A stretch of 59,206 nucleotides of DNA, filler included, from Sphacelaria rigidula (lineage: Eukaryota): assembly GCA_964200075.2 (NCBI GenBank). It is 6 parts of 6 records of this genome, joined end to end, with 100 filler letters (N's around TTAATTAATTAA, not from the genome) between each part and the next. Parts side by side here need not be neighbours in the genome. Positions count along the whole stretch, not along the records: positions 39,540 to 49,323 come from CAXNAA020007773.1; positions 49,424 to 59,206 come from CAXNAA020007774.1; 4 more parts are not named here. The stretch is one strand, 5' to 3'. Both the position numbers and the translations under genes were made by a program. The notes beneath the pieces were generated by a model, which saw nothing but the letters and a program-made list of their open reading frames with translations, had not been told where the DNA came from and ran no database searches. Below, in pieces: positions 49,028 through 59,206 of this stretch. The stretch's first letter is position 1. Every line of letters starts with the position of its first letter.

Positions 49028-49323
49028 TGTATTTGTGCCTAGAGAGGTACGTGGTATAGGCAGCGTAGAAATCAAAACATTGATCAAGGATCGGGGCGTT
49101 GTACATGAATGCGGGAATGTTGTCCGAAGTTGATGGCTAGGTTGTGGGTTCGTCGGTATCGGAGGGATACGACAAAACGTAAACTGAAGAAAAAGTAGTT
49201 TGTTTCGGCACTCCGGTGGAGTAGGGGTGTACTCATGATCATGCATGCCGGTGGAGTAGGGGGGGGGGGGGGTCCCGGTTTTTGGTTTGCTTTGTTCTTT
49301 GTCCCGTTCACCCCGCATCCTTT

Positions 49324-49423
49324 NNNNNNNNNNNNNNNNNNNNNNNNNNNNNNNNNNNNNNNNNNNNTTAATTAATTAANNNNNNNNNNNNNNNNNNNNN
49401 NNNNNNNNNNNNNNNNNNNNNNN
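49324..49423. other. Artificial contig linker
   Basis: N44-TTAATTAATTAA-N44. Confidence 0.98.
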
Positions 49424-50178
49424 CGAAGATTTTAATCCTCCGGGTTCTCATCCTCAATCAATAGCACCATCCTCAATATAGATGATTGGCTGTTTCTAGT
49501 TGGTAGTCTCTTAAACCGTCACAAACATGACAATGTAGACGGGGCATGAACAACAGTTTGGCCGATGGGTGCGACACACTACAGCCGCCAGCGCAGTAGT
49601 TGCAGCCAACGAGGGACCGCAAGAAGTGACGAGGAGCAACTACGCTATGTTTGCAAGCATCTGAGCAAGTGGAATCTTCTCATTTCATCCGGTGAGTGGC
49701 GAGGTCGGTGCCCCCAGCGGCAGGTGTACACTCTACAAACAGCAGTCGGCACCCGCATGTCCCCTCCGAGAAGCGAGTGCATCCGAGTCCCTTTGATCAA
49801 AGGTCTGGAACGCCTGCGCCATCTCGTTCTGTATAAAGTTGGCCGACGCTGTGCAAAATTTGGGGCCAATCGACCCGTGCTGTGTGGAGAACGGCGTGTA
49901 ATCTTGAAATGAACCCCTGCAGGATTTTGCGGCATCACCCACGACCCTGTCAAACGGTGAAACGAGACATCATTTTCGCTAGTTTGAAGGCACGAGAACT
50001 GAGCCTTATCGTCCCGCACTTTTGTGCTACGATTATTATTCTGCAGACTTCATGTCCTTGTAGACTTCGTGTCGTGTATCGTGTATGTGTGTTGTGTCGC
50101 ATACGATGTATTTTTGTATTGGTGTAGTATAGGGTACTGCACTGCACTGTGCTGTACTCGTACTGTACTGTGTACTGT

Positions 50179-52100
50179 GATAGACAATTCTAAGAAATGA
50201 GGTTGTATACAGGCTGGTTCACGGTGATCACCCAAAATTGTGTCATCAGCAAATGCCTTCCGCAATACGCACCCAATAGTCGCATATATGGTATCATACT
50301 GACCGCAATGAGGAGACGAAGAGGGTGACATAGCCGGATTTTTGTTTAAGACCGTAGCGGTGGCGCTACGGACGAGAATGTGCCTCAGCCAATCAGCGCC
50401 CTATAAACTGTTCCGAGATCTGAATTACGAATACCAAGTCCATTTTTCACCCAATCTCTACATGCTTCAAATCGTAGTACCCGTCATCGACACGGGAATC
50501 TAACGAGAAGATCATATTTTTACAGCGGTTACTACGGGGGTCGAATCATTCCCGAAACCGTGATGTCGGGTGTTGGCGTCGTCTAATTTCCACTAATGAT
50601 AAGCACGAAAGACCCAGGGAGCCTCGTGAGGGTATCCCCTATATCTGTTGTAGAAGAGCTCAGATCGCCCTCAAACTCGGCAGTTTCGTAGATATTGATA
50701 CTCAAAATACAAAAATGTATTCTCGACAATATATCATGGTTTCTCCGTTCTCTACCGGCTTCCGGGGGTCCCAGCATGAAGACCCCCGGAAGGCGGTACA
50801 GAATATCCCGAAAGAAAAAATTGAAATGGTGCATCCTGGGAGAGTCCAAGAAACACATGTACAAAGCTTGGTGAAGAAATTCGAAAACCTCACACACTGT
50901 TTCTTGCCTTGACGTCAAATTCACCCCAAAAGACGTTTGCATACTAAAACCAAGTAGTTAGGAGTTGCACGTTTCGAGCCCACGTCCTCCACAACTTTCA
51001 CGCTGTCATTAGGAGTTAGATCCTGAAACTTTGCATGAATATGCTATGTATCATTACGCAACTCTCCACGGACGATGTTTTTGTATTTCTTGATTTTTCC
51101 ACCGTTTTTCGGGGATCTGACGAGCTCGAAGGCGTTTTTCGAAGTAGTCTCCATTCCGGGACCCCAGAAAAACGGCACTACGATATTGTTTTTCATTTTT
51201 TCGCGAACTATGTGCCTCTGCATAACCCAAGGATGAGCTCCACAATTGTTTGTCGTCAAACTCGATCAACGGATGCTTGAATTGCCATGTTCACGTCAAA
51301 GAAGGCCCAAAAACGCCGTTTTGGTACTAAAATCAAGGAGTTTGCGGTTTGGCCGCGGTACGGCAAACTTCATCGCACAAAGGCCAAGAACCTCACGCCA
51401 TTTTAAGGAGTTAGACCCTGAAATTTTGCACAACTGTGCTTTGGGACATTACGCAACTTTGGATGGACGAGGTTTTCTTCTTTTGTCTTTTGTTGCCGTT
51501 TTACGTGGGTCCGATTGGGTCGAGATTTCCCCCGAAAAACTGGGACCCCCCAAAAACGGTGAAACAAGTAAAAAAGGAAAAAAAAAACTCGTTCTTCAAA
51601 AGTTGCGTAACTACCCATAGAACCCTCGTGCAAAATTTCAGGGTCTAACTCCTTGAAACAGCGTGAGGTTTTGCCGATGAGTGTTTTTTGGGTGATAAAC
51701 GTGAACCAGCCTGTACTAAAATGAGGTTCGAGCCCAAAACAGGCTGTCTTCACACTTTCAGCGATGATGCCCGATGACGCTTTTGTCGGCCTGATGCCCC
51801 TCGAACGCGTACATCATTTTTCAGCGTATTTTGCCGACTCTGTGGGCTTACCGGGCTGAGTGAAACCCTCATTTCCCCCGGTATCAACCCCCCCCCCTAA
51901 AAAACAGTGAAAATGACGGTTTCGGTCAGCGCTGTAAGCTCACAGTCGGTAAAATACGCTGAAAAATTATCTACGCGATCGAGGGGCATCAGGTCGACAA
52001 AATAGTCATCGGGCACCATCACCGAAAGCGTGGAGACAGCACTGTTTTGGGCTTGAACCTCCTTTTAGTGTACAACCTCATTCTTCAGAATGGTCTGTCC
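50179..52100. mobile_element. Foldback MITE (arms about 190 bp) split by the 50210-51713 insertion
   Basis: GATAGACAATTCTAAGAAATGAGGTTGTA[insert]CTAAAATGAGGTTCGAGCCCAAAACAG... is the inverse of ...CTGTTTTGGGCTTGAACCTCCTTTTAGTGTACAACCTCATTCTTCAGAATGGTCTGTC. Confidence 0.72.
50210..51713. mobile_element. 1.5-kb Tc1/mariner-like non-autonomous element
   Basis: 28-bp TIR CAGGCTGGTTCACG(G/T)T(G/T)ATCACCCAAAA with TA on both sides. No transposase ORF. Relatives in contigs 1 and 3. Confidence 0.85.
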
Positions 52101-52539
52101 TGTCCTCTTGTACACCCGGTACCGCACGAACTAGGGACCGTGGCCTCGATGACTCCGCGCGATAGCATCTGTACTGCCCAACGGCTGCAACAACTCTTCC
52201 GCACGGGTGACAACAACACACAACGGTACACCGCTCACTTTGCCCTTTGTATCCACCTGCACCGCACCCTCAACTCGGACCGTTGACGCAGGGAGTGGTC
52301 TACACTCCGATGGACACCACCCATGGATACTGAAGGTATGCATGCGGCCAACACCTCTGGTGTTGGCCCCGTGTTTTTGGAGGTGAGGCAGTACAACTCG
52401 AAATCCAGCGCGTCGGCCGTGCAACCGATTATCAGAGGTGATTGCGTCGTTATATGCACATCAATAACGCTGCGAGAATAATGACTCGTGTCGCCGCAGA
52501 TGAACGACGTCATGACGTCCGTCAATCCTCCTGCCGCTA

Positions 52540-52754
52540 CGAGCTGGGCCAGCTTGATTGCGGATAAAAGTTACTCACACCACAGCTTTTGCAGATTCCC
52601 GAATGAACTCAATGTAAGCATATCACTGTGAACTGCAGACCCGCCTGATGACAAAAGACTGCATCGCTGTTCGATTGGCGTCTTATTGCCGATGACGTTA
52701 TTGTACTGCGTAGAGTACGGGGTGCGTATTATATCGTTGAGCGATAGCGTGTCG

Positions 52755-52822
<68 letters not shown>

Positions 52823-53204
52823 GGCGAGTTTACGTCAATAATCACCCTGCACTGGGCATTAGCGGGGTGCAGCAGCGTCACGGAAAATGTTTCACGCACG
52901 GCCCAATTCGACGACTCTTGAGCTGAAATTTCAGGAAGACCTTCTGCACCCAAGGAGATGATACTTCACGTGAGCAGCTGCAGATTCTCATTTCTTTGCT
53001 GAACTCATGACATTATCTTGTTTTTGCTGAAATTTCAAATGCTCATAACTCCTTTTTTCTTTTTCAATTTTTCTTTGCTGCTAACGTGATCTTCTGCATT
53101 TTGATCATGAAAAGCTGCCGTCAAAATTTCAGCGTCCAACTGCTAATATCGCGCCGTGCGTCGCCTGAGTGAGAAAACCCCCATTTGCTGGCTGGCCCAG
53201 CTCG
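52540..53204. mobile_element. Mariner-like MITE
   Basis: TA|CGAGCTGGGCCAGC ... GCTGGCCCAGCTCG|TA, a perfect 14-bp TIR. Confidence 0.75.
52757..52818. repeat. (GT)n microsatellite
   Basis: About 31 perfect units. Confidence 0.97.
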
Positions 53205-54201
53205 TAGCCCCGGCGGATGAAATGTGCAAAAAAAACTTCTGCACATTCGATAAGTCGAACCACTTGCATTCGATTTCACTCGTTTTGATGCAACCCCAGG
53301 TCTCCGTTTTACGGTATACCCGGCGGTACCAATATCCATGAGTTCACATCACGTGCCGCACTCGTGCAGGTCATTTGGTCCGCGGCGAGGATCCGTGATT
53401 ATCGGCATGCATTTGTAGATTATTCTGCCTGTTGTGTTCACCCGCCAACGGCAAATTTACCCCTCCAGGTTTTCGCTTACAGCACTTGTCGCCCACGGGG
53501 TCGCCCATGACGGCACCGGGACTTATCGGCGTACTGTATTCTCGCCCACACACACCGTTGTTGAAGTCCTGTCGGGAGTTCAAGATGATCATCGACAAAA
53601 ATACTCGGAACCTCCCTGTCGTGAGCCACGGTAAGACACAGTGATGAGGAAAGTGCGTGAACGTTGTGCGGAAGAAATCCAGCGGTTGCTACCCCTAGCA
53701 AAAGCCGTGCTCGGCCTTGCCGCGACTCCCTGAAAGATTCGACGTATCTGGCATAAACTTATTGCATCACGGTGGACCGTTATGAGGGGTCCCGCCAACT
53801 CAACACGAGCGTCGAGATCCACGAAGTAGCGCCAAAACGGACGTCATGAAGATATGTCAGCGTTTGTCATCCAGCCGACGGTAAAGGCGGCGGCGTCAGC
53901 CCATTTCCATAACTCCGGCGCTGACCACCCAACCCCAAGAGCGAAGCAGGCCCTGGCGATCTTCCATCTATCCACCGAGCAGGAAAGTTCCAAGGGGTAT
54001 GCTTCTTCCCTGGCTTTGCCGTAACACAAACCGAAGGCAATGGGTCCATACAACCTCGCTCTTTGGCGATCGTGGTTCCGCCTGATGCCGGCGCTGTCCT
54101 CGTGGTCCATCTCTCCTGTCTTTGTATGCTCCAATACTAGCAGGACACATCCGTTACCCGCGCCCCGCCCTCGTGTCTTACCATGTATTGGCGTCTTCCA
54201 G

Positions 54202-54549
54202 GCCATGAACGACAAGCTGATTACTGTCATTGAGGATGTCAACATGGTCGCGTTCAGGTACCCCATGGATGCGTTGAAACTGAGTGGGGATCGCGCAAGT
54301 CCGTCGGTGCGCGGAGGGGAATTTTACACACTGGTGCAGCATTGGGACACCGGGTACTGCCATGCTTTTTTAAAACCATATATTCCGCAGCAGTGGGTTC
54401 GTGCCACACCTGAGTGGAACTACGACCCTGGTGCTGAGCAAGCAGCGTACGACTTCTTCCTGCAGACGTTTCACAACGTGCGGTTCGCCGATTATTGCAG
54501 GCGATTAGGAGAGAGAAAGCCACGCGGCAGGCTCTGCGTGCAACGTTGA
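54202..54549 (+). CDS. Candidate exon of an unknown protein
   Basis: TCTTCCAG| acceptor-like site followed by a globular-looking frame AMNDKLITVIEDVNMVAFRYPMD...FYTLVQHWDTGYCHAFLKPYIP...YDFFLQTFHNVRFADYC. No family recognised. Confidence 0.35.
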   Translation, partial: AMNDKLITVIEDVNMVAFRYPMDALKLSGDRASPSVRGGEFYTLVQHWDTGYCHAFLKPYIPQQWVRATPEWNYDPGAEQAAYDFFLQTFHNVRFADYCRRLGERKPRGRLCVQR

Positions 54550-56006
54550 AGGCCGCCCCCGTTGCCGCCAAGTCTGAAGCGCCGCCTGCGAACAGGGGCG
54601 GCGGTGGTGCTTCGGGTGGAACTGACAGAATCGCGCTGGCGCGGAGGCAGCTCTGCTTGCGGTGAAGTTGACCGAGGTGTCCTTCGGGAAGCTCGCAGTC
54701 GGCCTGTTGAGGGACCACACCCAGGTGGTGGTGGGTAGCCTGAAGGTTCAGAGGAAGGTAAAAAAATACGCCCATAAGCGCAGAATCATCACACGGGGAT
54801 TGTTAATCCTGGGGAGGGCAGTGAAGTGTTGGAGAATTTAGACGACATCCGGGCAGCATCGGCCATGGAAGCCGTGGATGTCGACGTAGGTTCGCAATGG
54901 TAGGGGGAACCCTATGTCCGGTGGCTTATATTTTGTCTTCTCGATAGTGTTAAGAGTACGGCGATGTAAGGTTCACCCGCAACAAATGTACGCATGGCCG
55001 CGCTTGATTCGCGTCTGTGGTTAGGGTTAGCGTGGTGCGCCTTATTTTCTGACGTGTCGCTCAAGTAATGTATCTGTGAACTTTTGGTGACAGCTGTGTG
55101 TGTAGGGCATGCGTGTGGGATACGCCGTTACCACTAGGGGTAACTCATACGTTTCAGAAGTGGCACGACAGCCACCGGAAATCTATCTCGGCTACCAAAA
55201 TCTCGGAGCACGTCGCACTTTCTACGGTAGATGTTCAAGTAGCGAGCTGTCATGCGCAAGAAATTACCAAGGAATCGGGGCTGGTTTGCACAAGTTGTTC
55301 ATGATAACCCCCACGTGTTTCATATTGAGGCATTTGAAGATGAGCGTTTATCCTCAAGACGGATATTGCACGCACGGTACATCGTGTGAAACAGAGTCGG
55401 TTCCACTTCAATCGATTTTTTCTTCATCGATTTTTTCGCCGTCGGCGATTTCCGACAGGTTTTCCTCGCGTGCGACCGCCTATCGCAGTGCACAATTCCT
55501 CCCAAAGATTGGGGATCAGGGTATATTTGCGCAACATACCGTAATGAGGATCATCGATGTACAATATCGGACGACCTATGGGCTGACCGGCCGCCGGGCG
55601 TCCTGCGACTGTGCAGCCCCGGGCTTTCACATTTTGGTGTTTTCGTTCGATTTAAACAATCCCGATCATTTTCATGGAGCAAATACTGGGCATTGTTACT
55701 ATAGTCTACTGGTCGTTGCTCAACAGCCGGAAAATCGTGTTTATGGGACCACTGATGGTCAATAATACCCACCTTATACACGGCATTCGTACTCCATATC
55801 ACCACGATAAGACGGGGCGAAGGGTAGAGTCCCGAGCACCACTTGCTTCATTTTCAAAAATCTGTCGACGCCAGAACTTTCGAGTGCTAGGGATGAATGC
55901 CACGGTATAAAATTCAGAAAAATACCCGACGGTGCTATTTTCCGAACCGAGTCCCGTGCAGCTCAGGGGTCGTGAATCAATCCTGATCACTCTCTTGACG
56001 AATGTT

Positions 56007-56237
56007 GAGTGATGCTACGGTTGGGTTGCACGAATATTTCTGAGCTTAGAATTGTTCGGAATTATGAAATATGTGAGAGCACGCCAGGATTACTATTTCA
56101 ATGTGCTAGGGACATCTCGAATTAAATTTGCAAGCGGGGATACCCTGACCCATATTCTTGTGCATCTAGAATGGCTAGGAGCCCCTGAACCAGACCAGAT
56201 TTTGCGGAAAAGGTGCACCCCTACCGTAGCATTGCTC
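56007..56237. mobile_element. Full-length GAG...CTC MITE with 4-bp TSD (Sola2-like)
   Basis: TGTT|GAGTGATGCTACGGTTGGGTTGCAC ... GTGCACCCCTACCGTAGCATTGCTC|TGTT. Confidence 0.75.
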
Positions 56238-59206
56238 TGTTACAGACTCTTGTAATTTGCTGTAGCTGTTTGTTGCGCGAGATCTGGAAATAAGTAAGTG
56301 TCGTTGATAAAGAATGGCCAAAAACACTCCTGTAGTTATACGGAATCAAGAATTTCAGTTCCTGTTTAGGCGACTTTTTCTCGTGGAATATGTTTCGGCT
56401 ACATGTGACAAAATGACATCAATTCTCTCCACATCGGGTGTTACCTTTCTGATCAAACCGGGGCACTTCCGAATCCATACAGATCTGTGCCCAAAATCTG
56501 TACGGATTCGGGATCGTCTGGGGTTCAACATGAGCCTGGCATGCCATTAGTCAACGTCCAGGGAATCGGAGATTTGATGTGGTCTTCTCACAGCTGGCCG
56601 CAAAACATTGCCTGTAGTACCTAAGTCTTTGAAATCAAACCACGGGAGAAAATCGCCTGCAGACGGTCTGAAACCATCACGTCTGTACGATTACAGATCA
56701 GTTCCCATGAAAAAATGGTTCAAGTCCTGCAACAATAAGCGGAAATCTTTCATTATATTTCGGGATGTGGAACGGACGCGTAGTATCTGCCAATCCCCAC
56801 ACCTTCAGGTCGAGCGTTCAGTGTGATGAACAACGACACGCTAGGAAAGCTGTTGAAGATCGCCGAGTCCGACAATCCGCCATGAATATCCTGATGTAGA
56901 CAGAAATGACTGCACGAGCTGGGCCAGCCTGAAAACGGATCCAAGTTCTCACAGTTCTCGTGCGGAAGATCTCCACATCCAAGTTTATTGTGTGGAATGG
57001 CTATTGCTTTTGATCATACACAATGCCTTGAGTAAGCGGCGAGCACAAACAATCTTGATTTATCTTCTTGGCGAACGCTACATACGTGCGGAGATGGAAT
57101 GTAACTCAAGTTTATTCGAGACCACTTTCGGCGCGTATAGCGAGTGATGACTGTTGGCGTTAATTTTTTCCTGCAGCACGGGCGAAGGATCGCTACCCGC
57201 GCCTGCACCTAACTCCTTCACTTCCCTCGGGATATGGCGTTCATACTTTTTCACATTTGGCTCAACATAACACGTGCACGCACACAACACGTACTAAATT
57301 TCATTTTCGAGTGTCAGAAAACTGGCGGTGCTTTCAACTCTGGTAGGGGATGTTGGAGGCAATACATAAAGGGAGGGTTGAGGGGCATGGAAATTTGAGC
57401 GAAGAATAGCTCCGTGATGAACGTGCATAGCTTTTCTCACTCAAATCAGTTTCCCTGCTTGTCAAAAATTCGTAGGGCGAATCGCAAGGGCACATGGTAA
57501 ACATCCACCCAGGCGAATTATCATTTTTTGGGTGTTGCTTCGTGAGCTAAGAACGCCATCGGCATTACACTGTCATTGCTACACTAGGAGATCCCCAACT
57601 CCTGAAAAAAAAGTTATGTGGGTCTTTTTCGTTCATGTTTACCACGCCCTAGCGATTCCCAGGATAGCATGTCAAAGAACAATCACAAAAACGGGGGTGG
57701 TGGATGGCCTACATAAAACCGTTCCGAAAATCGGCATGTCCACACTGTGAAGCGCCCATCATCATCTCCACCTTGAGGTTCAGATTCTAATATTTGGCAT
57801 GGAAAATGAAGAGAGCTCGACAAAATATATATAAAGATATTGCTAATTGTTTCATGAGTTTCGGATATTGTCGTGAAGAAGGGATCTCGTTTGTGCCGCC
57901 TAACTCATGGCGAAACGAAGTGTTCATATCGCGAACCGTTTCAGCTATCACGCGGTGCCCATTTTGTACGTCGGATTTGAAATTCCGACCCTCGAGTGTG
58001 AAGTAAGTATGGACCTGCACCGCGCACATGTATCCAGTCCGTTCGATGATGGAAACGCGATCGTAGAAGTAATCGCAACCGGATAACGAAACCGTGTCTA
58101 CGAGGCGTGTCAGCAACCGTGGCAAGTAATTTCAAGGTGCAAACACCTGCCTCGCCCTCTTTACCGGCGTAAAATGACCGTGAAGGACCAACGAGGCAGT
58201 TTTTTACGTGTGTTTCACCTGTTGGACATAGCAAGTGGCATCAGGCGGCCAAACAAGAATCAAAATCAGTCTACAGAGGTAACACCGGCCACAGCGGGCA
58301 TACCAACGTGCTCATGCTCGCGATGTCGCCGACGAAGTTCCAGACACGGAAACGTACAGCGACATGCATAATAAACATCAACGATGGAACCGCGTTCAAC
58401 AGAAAGAAACAGAGTGTCAACCACGACCCGCAACTTCCCGGTGTACTCCATTCATCATGACGTGGCCGACTTGGGCAGTTATAGGCTGATGTGTTGCTGT
58501 AGGCGCGAGGGCAAAGACTGGTTTTACTGGCAGTCACCAAATTTCGACCTGTACGTAGATCGGGGAACCTCAAATCGGGAAACACGTTCTACGCACCCCA
58601 ATGTGGACCAGATCGGGGAAGCTCAAACCGAGAATGTCACGAATTGAAAACGTTTTCCCCCGATTTGGCGAAAAATCGGGGGAACGTTGAGGTTCACCCA
58701 ATCTGTACGAAGTGACGCACGTGCAGTGACGTACGGCGACAGGGCAACAGATGCCTGATATTTTGCGACCACAGCAGCAGACAGCCTTGCGACAGCGCAG
58801 GCCGTGCCTCTCCGCCGGCTGCTGCAGAAACCTCGCATGGATTTGACAAGCGGACAAGAAGTGTTGACATCGCATTCGGCGGCGATGGTAATATTTCAGC
58901 TGCACTGCGCTGCCGTATGTATCACCATAACCGACAGTATTATTCAAGAGGTGCAGGATTCGCGAGGCATCGGTTTCTTGACTGGATTGGTTGATAAGAC
59001 TTCGTTGTTATGGTAGGAGCAAGGACTAAGTAGCGCAATACTAGCCGCTTGACCTGATCATGAGAATTTCGGAAGAGTAATTGTGGGCACGTAAAATTCC
59101 TGTGCTACAGATCAGCAAAACGCATATGAGCCATATTTGATGGCTGATAGAGCTGATATTATGTGCGAGATGCGGTGCATGTGCACAGCATGCTAAAAGA
59201 AGAGTG

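Noticed and set aside
55018..55032. TTAGGG telomere-like motif (also near 19771 and 27440)
   Set aside because: Only one or two units; not a telomeric array.
55109..55765. 218-aa plus-strand ORF
   Set aside because: Composition resembles non-coding repeat DNA; no domain or splice support.
19771..59206. Endogenous phaeovirus, Polinton or Fanzor system
   Set aside because: I recognised no hallmark genes (major capsid protein, PolB, packaging ATPase, RuvC/TnpB) in any listed ORF; very divergent remnants cannot be excluded without profile searches.

Overview
This window is not one locus. It holds six unrelated eukaryotic contigs (9785, 9785, 9785, 9784, 9784 and 9783 bp, i.e. size-sorted) joined by artificial 100-bp N44-TTAATTAATTAA-N44 linkers, so nothing can be inferred from adjacency across linkers. 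The DNA looks like a repeat-rich stramenopile genome, most likely a brown alga (inference from long GT-AG introns, the tyrosinase-like sequence type and the Copia element). Recognisable host genes are exons 1-2 of a Rab32/38/29-subfamily GTPase (contig 1) and the last two exons of a tyrosinase-like di-copper protein (contig 2). Contig 5 carries a degenerate Ty1/Copia retrotransposon with its 5' LTR, a half-tRNAiMet-type primer site and an unexplained extra ORF downstream of pol. Most other DNA is non-autonomous DNA transposons, often nested, with readable TIRs and TSDs (TA, TTAA, 3-bp, 4-bp and 8-bp classes), plus a tRNA-derived SINE family. I found no convincing new multi-gene system. The most unusual items are a 980-bp element with a 42-43-bp-phased ATATTG-N6-CAATAT array, the post-pol Copia ORF, an apparent nAnnnnTn target preference of the 8-bp-TSD elements, and Sola2-like MITEs. 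All alignments were made by eye.
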